Part shown: in pieces, positions 1 to 11,069 of the stretch
Layout: every line of letters starts with the position of its first letter
How positions within the stretch are numbered: the first letter of the stretch is position 1
Translations under genes and position numbers: made by a program
NCBI GenBank assembly: GCA_033722675.1
Contig: JAWVYO010000001.1
Coordinates: forward strand, 48,371-112,370
DNA: 64,000 nucleotides
Reading direction: 5' to 3'
Origin: Acidimicrobiia bacterium
GTDB lineage: Bacteria > Actinomycetota > Acidimicrobiia > Spongiisociales > UBA11373
The notes under the pieces: model-generated
Seen by the model: the letters and a program-made list of their open reading frames with translations, nothing else
What the model was told of the DNA's origin: nothing
The model's database searches: none

Positions 1-719
1 TCCTGGGCCGTGGCCCAGTCGATGGCATCGACCGCGTCCTGGACGGCGAGGTCGGATCCCGTGGAGTCCGCATCGTCGTTGACCCCCCGGTAGTTCGGGG
101 CGATCACCGCCCACCCGTTGTCCTCCGCCCACATCGCGTAGGGGATGCCGGCGTGCTGCAGATAGTGGGCGCTCCACGAGTGGAGGACGACGAGGAGCGG
201 CCGGGGCCGGTCCCCCCGGGGCGGCAGCCACAGTGCGGGCTGTTCGGCGCCGTCGGCCGTCGACGTGATCCGAACGTCCTCGACCGCCTCCACCTCGCGC
301 TGCCACCGCCGGAGTCCCCGTGAGGTGTAGCCGGTGAAGTTCCGGATCACGCGGATCCGCTCCAGCGCTTCGTAGGTGGGCGGCTCCAGAGGTGGCAGGG
401 TCGTGGTGGTCGTCACCGAACTGCTCGTGTTCGGGGGAGCGGTCACGGACGTCGACGGGTCCGCGGTCGTGGAGGAGGAGGATGGGGAGGTGCTGGACGG
501 TGCCGACGTCGTCGCGGCACCGCTGGTCGACGACGAGGACGAGGTGGACTCGCCGCCGGTTCCCGACGACGTGGTCGGCTCCTCCGTCGACCCCGGAGCG
601 GCCGCGGTCGTCTCGGCACCCTGCGGTGGATCGTCGCCGACGACACACGCGGCGAGGGCGGCGACGAGCCCGAACAGGAGGGCCCACCGGCCGGCGGCGA
701 GCAGGGTCCTCAGCCCCAC
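1..719 (-). CDS. secreted esterase lipoprotein (alpha/beta hydrolase, PHB-depolymerase/LpqC-like); partial, continues beyond window start
   Basis: Reverse-strand translation reads MGLRTLLAAGRWALLFGLVAALAAC, a lipobox signal peptide with GTG start at 717-719 preceded by GGAGGGAGG. This is followed by a Ser/Thr-rich linker and a hydrolase core (LLVVLHSW...AVIAPNYRG). It is absent from the ORF track only because it runs off the window edge. The plus-strand ORF 376-762 is its antisense image. Confidence 0.6.
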   Translation of the reverse strand, partial: MGLRTLLAAGRWALLFGLVAALAACVVGDDPPQGAETTAAAPGSTEEPTTSSGTGGESTSSSSSTSGAATTSAPSSTSPSSSSTTADPSTSVTAPPNTSSSVTTTTTLPPLEPPTYEALERIRVIRNFTGYTSRGLRRWQREVEAVEDVRITSTADGAEQPALWLPPRGDRPRPLLVVLHSWSAHYLQHAGIPYAMWAEDNGWAVIAPNYRGVNDDADSTGSDLAVQDAVDAIDWATAQ

Positions 720-793
720 GACACCCTCCCTCCGACCCCGACCGGGGCGCGGACACGAGTAGCTTGTGGACCGGACCGAGGGGATCGACCGGG

Positions 794-1759
794 ATGGACC
801 GCACGCCAGCACTCGACGGGATACGGGCGGCGGCGATCGCGATGATCGTCGCCTACCACGTCGACGACCGGGTCGTGCCCGCCGGCTACTGGGGCGTGAT
901 CCTGTTCTTCGTGCTGTCGGGGTACCTCATCACCCGGGTGCTGACGGCCGAGGAGGACCGGACCGGCCGCATCGACGTCCGGGCCTTCTATGCCCGACGG
1001 GCGCTGCGAGTCCTGCCGCCGCTGGTCGTGTTCTGCGCCGTCCTCTTCGCCACCGGCACCGACTGGTCCCGGGTGGCCGCGACCCTCGGGTTCTACGCGA
1101 ACTACGCACGCGTGGACGGGATGGATCTGGGACTGCTCACGCACACCTGGTTCGTGGCCATCGTGGGGCACTTCTACGTGGTCTGGCCCCTGGTGATCGC
1201 CGCGGTCCCCCGACGACACCGGGTGCGAGTCGTCGGTGTGCTCGCCCTGGCGGCCATCGTCTGGCGGGTGGTGGCGATCCAGGTGGCGTCGCCGGGCTGG
1301 GTCTACAACGCGACCGACACCAATGCCGCCGCGCTGCTCGCCGGGGCCTATCTGGGCGTGGCCCGTCCCGGTGGATGGCGCTGGGCAGGCTGGTCGCTCC
1401 CGGCCGTGGTCGCCCTCAGTCTGATACCGGCGTTCGGCGAGCGGGGCGCGGCCTTCCTGTGGGCCGACTTCCTCGCTCTCGCCCTGGGCGTCCTGGTCCT
1501 CCAACACGCGCTCACCCGACCTCGATGGCTCGAGGTGTCATGGCTCGTCTCGCTGGGGCAGGTGTCCTACGGGCTCTACCTCTGGCACTACGTGTTCGTC
1601 CGCATCGACATTCCACTGTGGACGGCCGTGCCGCTCACGGCCGCCGCCACCGCCGGGTCCTGGTACCTCGTCGAGCAGCCGGTGCAGGCGCTCCGAGACC
1701 GCTTCAGGCGACGCCGCCGGACGCCTCCGAAGGATCGCCGGCTCACGGCCGAAGCCTAG
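794..1759 (+). CDS. membrane O-acyltransferase (acyltransferase family 3)
   Basis: Start refined to ATG 794 (MDRTPALDGIRAAAIAMIVAYH, the typical acyltransferase-3 N-terminus). Multiple TM helices; high GC3 in this frame. Upstream part of track ORF 392-1759 is antisense of the esterase linker. Confidence 0.8.
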   Translation: MDRTPALDGIRAAAIAMIVAYHVDDRVVPAGYWGVILFFVLSGYLITRVLTAEEDRTGRIDVRAFYARRALRVLPPLVVFCAVLFATGTDWSRVAATLGFYANYARVDGMDLGLLTHTWFVAIVGHFYVVWPLVIAAVPRRHRVRVVGVLALAAIVWRVVAIQVASPGWVYNATDTNAAALLAGAYLGVARPGGWRWAGWSLPAVVALSLIPAFGERGAAFLWADFLALALGVLVLQHALTRPRWLEVSWLVSLGQVSYGLYLWHYVFVRIDIPLWTAVPLTAAATAGSWYLVEQPVQALRDRFRRRRRTPPKDRRLTAEA

Positions 1760-1792
1760 GTCCCGGCGGAGCGCGTTCGCCGTCGCGCCGGC

Positions 1793-2935
1793 TCACCGCC
1801 ACGCCACCGGCACCGACCGCGGCGTCCGGAAGACCAACCCCTCGACCGGTGGAAGCGGGCCGTCGGGCGCCGGCACGCCCGGTCCCTCGAGGACGGCTGC
1901 GAGCGCCGTCTCCGCTTCGAGCCGGGCGAGGTGCACCCCCAGACAGGCGTGGGGGCCCCGGGCGAACGTGAGATGCCGACGGAGTCCGTCACGCCCGGGA
2001 TCGAAGACGTCGGGGTCGGCGAAGGAGGCGGGGTCGCGGTTGGCGGCCGACAGCGAGACCCGCACGAGGTCGCCGGCGTCGACGCTCTCCCCGGCGAGGG
2101 CGACGTCGGTGGTGGCATACCGGTCGACCACGGCCGCCGCCGGCTCCAACCGCATCGACTCGTCCACGACCGCCGGGACGAGGGCGCGATCGGCGCGGAG
2201 CCGGTCCCACAGCCCGGGACGGGTGAGCACGTCGCGCATGAGGATGGCGATCTGACCCTCGACGGTGACGATCCCGCCGAACAGCAGCACCGCGACGTCC
2301 GCAACGAGCTCCTCCGGGGCGAGATCGCTCGTCTCCTGCACCCGCGACAGCAGGGCACTCGTCGGGAAGGCGGCCAGCACGGCGTCGCGCAGCTCCGCCA
2401 CCGCCGTCGACCCTTCCTCGGGCACCGGCCCACCGGCCGTCACCGCCTCGACGGCCGCGGCGATGTCCTCGTACCAGCGGACGAGCCGGGCGACGCTCGT
2501 GTCGCCGAGGTCGAGGGCATCGGCCATGACCCCGGCCGCCAGCGGCGCGGCGAGATCCCTCCGGAGGTCTCCTCCGCCGGCGGATGCGACCGAGGCGACG
2601 GCCCCCCGGGCGCGCTCCCGCGTCGAGACGGCCAGCCGCCGGTGGACCTCGTCGCGACCAAAGGCGTCGGCGAAGGGGGATCGGTGGCGGTCGTGGGACG
2701 GGCCGTCGAGCGACAGCATGCTCGGCCCCACGACCCGCGCCGTGGAAAACCGCGGGTCGTCGACGGTGTACGTGGCGGCGTCGCGCAGGACCTCCACCGC
2801 CGCCTCCCGCCCGACGACGAGCCACCCGTCCAGCGCGTCGACGTCGACGACCGCTCCCCACCCCTCCCGCAGTCCGGCGAGGATCGGGTGGGGGTCGCCG
2901 GCGAGGCCTCCGACGGTGACCTCGTCAGGCCTCAT
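1793..2935 (-). CDS. cytochrome P450
   Basis: Heme-binding loop FARGPHACLG and EXXR-like region. Start set at MRPDEV (ATG 2935), giving an 11-nt overlap (ATGAGGCCTGA) with the upstream antiporter stop. Confidence 0.85.
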   Translation of the reverse strand: MRPDEVTVGGLAGDPHPILAGLREGWGAVVDVDALDGWLVVGREAAVEVLRDAATYTVDDPRFSTARVVGPSMLSLDGPSHDRHRSPFADAFGRDEVHRRLAVSTRERARGAVASVASAGGGDLRRDLAAPLAAGVMADALDLGDTSVARLVRWYEDIAAAVEAVTAGGPVPEEGSTAVAELRDAVLAAFPTSALLSRVQETSDLAPEELVADVAVLLFGGIVTVEGQIAILMRDVLTRPGLWDRLRADRALVPAVVDESMRLEPAAAVVDRYATTDVALAGESVDAGDLVRVSLSAANRDPASFADPDVFDPGRDGLRRHLTFARGPHACLGVHLARLEAETALAAVLEGPGVPAPDGPLPPVEGLVFRTPRSVPVAWR

Positions 2936-4514
2936 CGGCCTCGACGTCCATGAGGTCGAGGGCGTCGTCGGCGAGGCCCGGGCCGGCCACGCCGAAGAGG
3001 TTGCGCGCGACGTCGACCCCGGCGTCACGGAGCTCCGCCACCTCGTCGACGTAGCGGGCGACCCCGGCCACGTGCACGTCGGGGAGGTAGTCCCGCACCC
3101 GACGGCTGGCCTCGAGGTTGGCCTCGTGGTCGTTCATCGCCAGCACGACGAGGTCGATCCCGCCGTGGAGGACGATGCGGTCCCAGAAGTCGCGATCGAG
3201 GGCGTCACCCCGGATCACCCGGCGGCCCAGGGCGACGTTGGCCTTGACGATGTCGTCGCTGTGATCCACCCCGATCACCACCGGGCCCCGGCGACGCACG
3301 ATCTCGTCGTAGGCCCCGCCCCCCACCCGTCCGAGGCCGAACACGAGGATCCGGCACTCGCCCGGTTCGATGAACGCGTCGTCGGCCCGGATGGGATGGC
3401 GTTCGAGCCGTTCGAAGGCACGGCGGAACCGTTGGAACACGATGTAGCGGGCGGTCGTCAGCGGAGCGGCCAGGGCGAAGGACACGGCCACCGCGACGGC
3501 GACGATCGCCGACCACCCGGGGTCGACCACGCCCTCGTCGGCAGCCGCGTCGATCACGATGAGCCCGAACTCGCTGAAGGTCGCCAGCGTGATCGACGCG
3601 TGCCAGACGGTACGAGCCCGCAGGTGGAAGCGGCTCAGCACGATCACGAACCCGGCGGCCTTCAGGGTGACGAAGACGACGAGGATCCCGGCGACGGCGA
3701 GCTCCCCGGCGTCGGGCGCGCCGGCGAGGCCGATGGAGAGGAAGAACCCGACGAGGAGGAGGTCCTTGAACCCGAGCAGTCGCTCGGCGAGTTCGGGTGA
3801 GCGCCGGTGGTTGGCGAGCAGCACGCCGACGACGAGGGCCCCGAGATCGGCCTTCACACCGACCCGATCGAAGACCTCGGCGCCGACACCGATGGCGAGG
3901 CAGAAGCCCAGGAGCACGAGCAGCTCGCCGTGGCCGCTCCGATCGAGGAGCCAGGAGTACACGGGCCTGGCGACGAGCACGGCCGCGATGACCGGGATCG
4001 CCCACGGTGAGGGCAACTCGCCGGTGGAGGCCGTCAGGTAGCCGACCGCGAACACGTCCTGCACGATGAGGATGCCTATGGCAATGCGGCCCTGGAGCGA
4101 CGACGACTCCCCGCGGTCCTCCAGCGCCTTCACCGCGAACACGGTGCTCGAGAACGAGAAGGCGAACCCGATGAGCGCCGCCTCCGCCACCGTCAGGCCG
4201 ATCGCCGGTCCGAGGCCGATGGCGCCGAGGAACAGCACGACGCTCCCGAACACGATCGTCGACAGTCCTGCGTGGAGGGAGCCGCCCGCCCACACCTCGG
4301 GGCGCAGGAGGGTGCCGAGCTTCAGCTTCAGCCCGATCCCGAACAGCAGGAGCAGGACACCGAGATCGGCGACGAGCTCGATGGCGGGCGACGTCTCCTG
4401 GCCGAAGGCGTGGAGCACGAACCCGGCGACCAGGTAGCCGACGAGCGGCGGGAGCCGCGCCGCGGACGCGACGAAGCCGAGGCCGAAGGCGACGAGGAGC
4501 AGCACGACGTCCAT
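2925..4514 (-). CDS. cation:proton antiporter (CPA2/Kef-type) with C-terminal RCK/TrkA-N domain
   Basis: About 12 TM helices starting MDVVLLLVAFGLGFVA. C-terminal Rossmann-like GLGRVGGG regulatory domain. Start at 4514 lies 1 nt after the PolX stop. Confidence 0.85.
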   Translation of the reverse strand: MDVVLLLVAFGLGFVASAARLPPLVGYLVAGFVLHAFGQETSPAIELVADLGVLLLLFGIGLKLKLGTLLRPEVWAGGSLHAGLSTIVFGSVVLFLGAIGLGPAIGLTVAEAALIGFAFSFSSTVFAVKALEDRGESSSLQGRIAIGILIVQDVFAVGYLTASTGELPSPWAIPVIAAVLVARPVYSWLLDRSGHGELLVLLGFCLAIGVGAEVFDRVGVKADLGALVVGVLLANHRRSPELAERLLGFKDLLLVGFFLSIGLAGAPDAGELAVAGILVVFVTLKAAGFVIVLSRFHLRARTVWHASITLATFSEFGLIVIDAAADEGVVDPGWSAIVAVAVAVSFALAAPLTTARYIVFQRFRRAFERLERHPIRADDAFIEPGECRILVFGLGRVGGGAYDEIVRRRGPVVIGVDHSDDIVKANVALGRRVIRGDALDRDFWDRIVLHGGIDLVVLAMNDHEANLEASRRVRDYLPDVHVAGVARYVDEVAELRDAGVDVARNLFGVAGPGLADDALDLMDVEADEA

Positions 4515-4515
4515 C

Positions 4516-6258
<1,743 letters not shown>

Positions 6259-6290
6259 CCAGACAGCCTACGAGGCCGCAGAATGGAGGC

Positions 6291-6953
6291 ATGGCACGCC
6301 TGTCCGTCCTCGCAGCGCTCGTCGCGGCCGTCGCCGTCGCGCTCGCCGATCCCGGCGGGACCCCCGTGGCCTGCGTCGCTTCGGGAACCTGCGACCGGAT
6401 GGCGGTGGGGCCCGGCCCGATCGCCCAGCCTGCGGCCGCATGGTCGTCGCTGGCACTCGGCGCGGTGGCGGTATGGACCGCAGGCAGGGGGCCGCAGGGG
6501 CGCATCGTCGGCGCGGCGACAGCGCTGTCGGCCGCCGGGGCCCTGTGGTACCACGCGGCACTCACGACCTGGGCGGGGCGGGTGGACGCCGCCGGCGTGG
6601 CGGCGGTGACGGTGGCGCTGGCGATCGCTGCCATCGTCCCCGTCGAGCGCTCGACCGGCGCGGCGGCGCTCGGAGCCCTGGCGGTGGCCGTGGCCGCGGC
6701 CACCGGGCTCGCCGAGGCCCTGTCCCTCGTGGCGGGGGCGGCCGGTGCGGGAGCCGTGCTGCGGTCGGTCCGCCGCCGGCCTCTCCCCCCGCTCCTCGTG
6801 GCGATCGCCGCCCTCGGCACGGGGGCGGCGGCGTGGCGATGGGGTCCCCACGCCGCCTGGCACGTGCTCGCCGCCGTGGCCGTCGCCGCCCTGCTGGCGC
6901 ATCTCGACGGCGCTCGTATCCTTCGCGTCGACGACCCGGGGGGCCACCGGTGA
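6291..6953 (+). CDS. hypothetical Ala-rich integral membrane protein
   Basis: Five or six predicted TM helices with strongly GC-biased third positions in this frame. Its TGA overlaps the GTG of the next gene (GTGA). No recognisable family. Confidence 0.45.
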   Translation: MARLSVLAALVAAVAVALADPGGTPVACVASGTCDRMAVGPGPIAQPAAAWSSLALGAVAVWTAGRGPQGRIVGAATALSAAGALWYHAALTTWAGRVDAAGVAAVTVALAIAAIVPVERSTGAAALGALAVAVAAATGLAEALSLVAGAAGAGAVLRSVRRRPLPPLLVAIAALGTGAAAWRWGPHAAWHVLAAVAVAALLAHLDGARILRVDDPGGHR

Positions 6954-8485
6954 GCAGACGCCGCGGCTACATCAGCTTCTTCGATCGCGTCGGACGCCGA
7001 CGCGGCGACACGCTGTTCTACGCCGGCACCCGTCGCGGGCCGTTGCTGCCGACCCTGGCGGTGATCGGCCTGATCGCCGGCGTCGTGACGGTGTGGTGGC
7101 TGCTCACGAGGCCCGACGAGCGCCTCGCCTCCCAGGAGGTGACGGTGCCCGAAGGTGTCACCGTCCCGTCGCTGCTCACCCCCGTCGAGACGACCACCAC
7201 CATTCCCGAGGCGGTGCTGTCGTCGATGGCCTGCCCGAGCCCCCTCACCACGGAGTGGAACACCTTCCAGGGGAACGCCGGGCGGACGGGCTGTGTCGAG
7301 GCGCCGACGATCACCCAGCCGCGCATCCTGTGGACCTTCGAAGTCGGCATCCAGGGCTGGCTCAACAACCCGGTCATCGGCAACGGGCGCGTGTTCGTCG
7401 GCAGTGCCGGCCGTGCCCAGTTCGAGGCCGACGACGGCGACGCCGTGTACGCCATCGACCTGGCGACCGGTCGTGAGGCGTGGGTCTTCGAGGACCCCAC
7501 CCTCGACGTCAACGGCGTCTCCTTCGCCGACGACGTGGTCGTGGCCACCGGGGACGAAGGCAACGTGTGGGCCATCGACGCCTCGCAGACCGACTTCGGC
7601 GGACGGCTGCTCTGGGAGGCGACACGGGACACGTCGGTGTTCGGGTCGCCCCTCATCATGGGCGACCGGGTGATCGTGGGCGACGCCGACGGGATGGTCG
7701 CCGCGTATTCGATGGAGGACGGGACCCCGCTGTGGGAGGCGCAGGTCGAGGGCGCGATCCGCGGAGGCCCCTCCAGCGACGGGGAGATCATCGTCGTGGC
7801 GGGCGAGCAGCGTGAGATCCTCGCCCTCGACCGGGATGGCACCGAGCTGTGGCGCAAGACGCTCCGAGGACGCGACATCACCGCGAGCACCGAGATCTTC
7901 GCCGCCCCCACGATCTCCGACGGCGTCGTGATCCTGTCGCTGGTGCGCGACGACGTGTACGCCGACCCGGCGCTCATGGCGCTCGACCTGGCCACCGGCG
8001 TGGATCTGTGGATCGGCACGGACACGGGTTCGGTCAAGGACGACTGGGGCGACCTGGCGTGGGGCAACCTGCGGGCCTCGCCCGCCACGGTGGGCGATCT
8101 CGTCGTCTCTGCGGAGACGTACTCACAGGGGGCGGTCGTGCTCGGCGCCGACGACGGCGAGACCCGGGGAGCCGTGACGTCTGGACCGTTCTGCATCCCC
8201 CACTGGCCCTCGCCCGCCGTGGTCTCGAATCAGGTGATCCTGCCCCGGCACGATGGCGGCATCTACGCCGTCGACCTGGCCTCGGGCAACGTCGTGTGGT
8301 CCCTCTTCCTCGGGGACTCCCAGGCGCGGGGGACCTTCCCGCCCGAGTACACCGAGGACGAGTCGTTCTGTGAGTGGGGCCCGGAGGGGACGGCCTCGAT
8401 CCTGTCGTCACCGGCGATCTCCCAGGACGGGATCGTCGTGGTGGGCACGCTGGAGGGCGTGCTCTACGCGATCGCCGACACCTAG
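6950..8485 (+). CDS. membrane-anchored PQQ-like beta-propeller repeat protein (BamB/YVTN-like)
   Basis: GTG start at 6950 inside a longer track ORF. N-terminal TM helix (LLPTLAVIGLIAGVVTVWWLL) followed by repeated propeller blades (AIDLATGREAW, LWEAQ, LWRK, VWSLF). Confidence 0.7.
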   Translation: MSRRRGYISFFDRVGRRRGDTLFYAGTRRGPLLPTLAVIGLIAGVVTVWWLLTRPDERLASQEVTVPEGVTVPSLLTPVETTTTIPEAVLSSMACPSPLTTEWNTFQGNAGRTGCVEAPTITQPRILWTFEVGIQGWLNNPVIGNGRVFVGSAGRAQFEADDGDAVYAIDLATGREAWVFEDPTLDVNGVSFADDVVVATGDEGNVWAIDASQTDFGGRLLWEATRDTSVFGSPLIMGDRVIVGDADGMVAAYSMEDGTPLWEAQVEGAIRGGPSSDGEIIVVAGEQREILALDRDGTELWRKTLRGRDITASTEIFAAPTISDGVVILSLVRDDVYADPALMALDLATGVDLWIGTDTGSVKDDWGDLAWGNLRASPATVGDLVVSAETYSQGAVVLGADDGETRGAVTSGPFCIPHWPSPAVVSNQVILPRHDGGIYAVDLASGNVVWSLFLGDSQARGTFPPEYTEDESFCEWGPEGTASILSSPAISQDGIVVVGTLEGVLYAIADT

Positions 8486-9771
8486 TCGGCCACCGCCTCC
8501 ACCGCCGCCTCGAGGCCCGGATCGACACCGGCTTCGAGGTCCGCCAGCGTGGTCGGCGCCGACACGTCGGGCGGGACGCCGATCCCGTCGAAGGACGTGC
8601 CCGAGGCGTCCTCGGTCCGCTGGTTGGGCAGTCCCAGCGACCAGCCCACCGGCAGGGCCCGGGCGAGGATGGGGGAGGGAGACCCGGCGGTCGGCTCGCC
8701 CACGAAGGTCACCCCGGGGACCTGGCGCAGTGCGAGCACGAGGAGCTCGGCCGCGCCGCTCGTGCCGGGACCGACCAGCACCGCGAGCTCGCCGGGGAAC
8801 ACGCCCGTCGGCGCCGGGCGCACGACGATCGAGCCGGCGTCGACGAAGTCGTCGGTGCCGCCCACCCGGGCGCGGCGCGAGGCCACGAGGGTCTCCTCCT
8901 GGACGAACCGCGAGGCGAGGATCATGCCGAGGCCCTCGACGCCGCCGTCGTTGGCGCGGAGGTCGAGGACGAGCCGGGTCTCGGGGCCGCTCGACTCGAT
9001 GAGGCCGTCCACGACGCGCGCCATCGCCTCTCCCGTCCGTGCGACCCCGCCGGCGAAGGGCTCGAGTGTCGTGACGGCGAGGTACCCGACACCGTCGGCG
9101 GCGAGGCCGGCCACCATCGCGCCATCGCCCTCCGTGCCTTCGACCGACAACAGATGTTCGCCCGCCAGGGCGGCGGCTGCGAGGCGGTCGGCCACGGGGG
9201 CCGCTGCGGATCGCCACACGCCCTCGGGGACGCCCTGCTGGGGCTCCTGGACGGACAGGCGCACCTGGGGGTCGTCGAGCGGGTCGAGGAGCGCGGTGAT
9301 CGCCTCGAAGGCCTCCGACGGCGGGCTGCCGGCCGTGAGCCCGTCGCCGAGCACCGCTGCACGCGCCGCCCACCCGTCGTCGAGGGAGCCGGCGTAGTGG
9401 TCCTCCATGGCCTCCACCACGATCCCGAGCGACGACGGGGCATCGTCGTCGTAGAACTCCTCGGGGATCACGCACCCGTCCGGGAGGTCGGACCGTTCGT
9501 ACCGGACGATGCGCCCGGCCTCGCGGAGGATCAGTTCGTCGTCGCCCTCCAGGGTGAGCACCTCGGCGATCCCCCGGGACCCGCTCTCCGCCACCCGGAC
9601 GCAGTGATCGTCGCCGTATTCGTACACCTCGACGGCGCCCTGGGAGATGGTGATGTAGCCGCCGAAGCCGATGGAGCGCCACTGGCCCTCGAAGGGTTCC
9701 GCCTCGGCGGTCGAGGGGCCACACGAGGCGAGCGCGAGCACGGCGACGCAGGCCGCGACGAGGGCTCTCAC
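8482..9771 (-). CDS. S41 family C-terminal processing peptidase, lipoprotein
   Basis: Signal peptide with lipobox (M)RALVAACVAVLALASCG. Catalytic-Ser motif GTSGAAE and a PDZ-like region. GTG start at 9771 overlaps the NuoF-like stop (GTGA). Confidence 0.8.
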   Translation of the reverse strand: MRALVAACVAVLALASCGPSTAEAEPFEGQWRSIGFGGYITISQGAVEVYEYGDDHCVRVAESGSRGIAEVLTLEGDDELILREAGRIVRYERSDLPDGCVIPEEFYDDDAPSSLGIVVEAMEDHYAGSLDDGWAARAAVLGDGLTAGSPPSEAFEAITALLDPLDDPQVRLSVQEPQQGVPEGVWRSAAAPVADRLAAAALAGEHLLSVEGTEGDGAMVAGLAADGVGYLAVTTLEPFAGGVARTGEAMARVVDGLIESSGPETRLVLDLRANDGGVEGLGMILASRFVQEETLVASRRARVGGTDDFVDAGSIVVRPAPTGVFPGELAVLVGPGTSGAAELLVLALRQVPGVTFVGEPTAGSPSPILARALPVGWSLGLPNQRTEDASGTSFDGIGVPPDVSAPTTLADLEAGVDPGLEAAVEAVAD

Positions 9772-11069
9772 CCCGCGGCCTCCGACCGGGTGAACCGGTC
9801 GCCGTCGTGGTCGACGAGCTTGGGCACCGTCAGTCCCCGGTGGCCGGGACACGATCCGTCGAGGTGCCCGGCGACGTCGTCCCAGAACCGCTCGACGATG
9901 CCGGCGGCGAGGTCACGGCCCGCGGCGCCGAGGCCGCAGCGATTGGCGTCGGTCACCCGCTGGGTCCACGCGGCGAGTTCTTCGACCGTCCCGGTGTCCC
10001 CGGCGCCCTCGTGGAGCACGTCGAACCGCTCGGCGAGCGCGGCGGTGCCCAGCGAGCACGGCGGGCACTGACCGCACGACTCCGCGGCGAGGAAGCCCCC
10101 CAGCACGGCACCCGCCTCGAGGAGGCACGTGGTGTCGTCGTACACGATGAACCCGCCGGAACCGAGGCCGGCGCCGGCGCGCTGCAGGGCGCCGAACTCC
10201 AGCGGCGTGTCGAGATCCGCGGCGGTGAGCGGCGCGTTCGACACCCCCGAGAGGATCGCCTTCGGACGGCGCCCGGCCTCGAGACCCTCGCCGACGCCGT
10301 ACACCAGCCACGACAGCGGCGTCCCCAGCCCGAGTTCGACGACCCGCTCCCGCCGGACGTCGCCGGACACGGTGAAGACCATGGTGCCGGGCGAGTCCTC
10401 GGTCCCCCGCGATCGGAACCATTCCGCGCCCTCGCGCAGGATGGAGGGGACGTGGGCCAGGGTCTCGACGTTGTTGACGACCGTGGGGTTGGGTGACGTC
10501 GGCGTCCCGAAGAGCCCGCTCACGTAGGGCGGGTACAGGGTCGGCTTCGGGTCGCGTCCGGCGACCACCTCGAGGAGCGCCTTCTCCTCGCCGAAGAGGT
10601 AGTCGTCGGGCCCGGTGACCACGGCGATCGGCAGGTCCCCGGTCATGCCGGCGTCCGCCATCTCGGCGAGGGCCGTCTCGAGCCGGTCGATCTCGGGCCG
10701 GAACGCAGCCTTGACGGCGACGTAGGCGGCCGACGCACCGACGGCGAGCGCGGCGATCACCACCCCGTCGATCACCTGATAGGGATTGGCGCGCAGGATG
10801 GCCCGGTCCTTGAACGTCCCCGGTTCGCCCTCGGCCCCGTTGCAGACCACGTACCGCTCCCCGCTTTCGCCGCGGACGCCGGACCACTTGATGGCCGTCG
10901 GGAATCCGGCGCCGCCGCGACCCCGGAGCCCGGCAGCCCGGATCTCGGCGATCGTCGCCTCGGGGCCGACGGTGCGGGCCCGCTCGACGGCGACACCGCC
11001 TCCGGCGGCGCGATGGGCGTCGAGATCCTCGACGGCGGCGAGCAGGCCGCCCTCGCCGTCGTCGGTCAT
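9768..11069 (-). CDS. NuoF-like NADH-binding flavoprotein (51-kDa subunit family), standalone
   Basis: FMN motif GRGGAGFPTAIKW, NADH site GEPGTFKDR and 4Fe-4S motif ESCGQCPPCSLGT. ATG at 11069 overlaps the WS/DGAT stop (ATGA). No nuoE or other nuo genes nearby. Confidence 0.85.
   Translation of the reverse strand: MTDDGEGGLLAAVEDLDAHRAAGGGVAVERARTVGPEATIAEIRAAGLRGRGGAGFPTAIKWSGVRGESGERYVVCNGAEGEPGTFKDRAILRANPYQVIDGVVIAALAVGASAAYVAVKAAFRPEIDRLETALAEMADAGMTGDLPIAVVTGPDDYLFGEEKALLEVVAGRDPKPTLYPPYVSGLFGTPTSPNPTVVNNVETLAHVPSILREGAEWFRSRGTEDSPGTMVFTVSGDVRRERVVELGLGTPLSWLVYGVGEGLEAGRRPKAILSGVSNAPLTAADLDTPLEFGALQRAGAGLGSGGFIVYDDTTCLLEAGAVLGGFLAAESCGQCPPCSLGTAALAERFDVLHEGAGDTGTVEELAAWTQRVTDANRCGLGAAGRDLAAGIVERFWDDVAGHLDGSCPGHRGLTVPKLVDHDGDRFTRSEAAG

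Noticed and set aside
376-762. 128-aa plus-strand ORF (Val/Asp/Glu-rich)
   Set aside because: Mirror image of the Ser/Thr-rich linker of the minus-strand esterase lipoprotein. It is also out of frame with the real acyltransferase start at 794.
2265-3800. 511-aa plus-strand ORF
   Set aside because: Antisense to the P450 and Kef genes. The translation is low-complexity (Ser/Thr/Ala/Arg-rich), typical of spurious ORFs in GC-rich DNA.
8408-9724. 438-aa minus-strand ORF, Arg/Gly/Pro-rich
   Set aside because: Alternative frame of the S41 peptidase gene, with no domain features. This is a GC-bias artefact.
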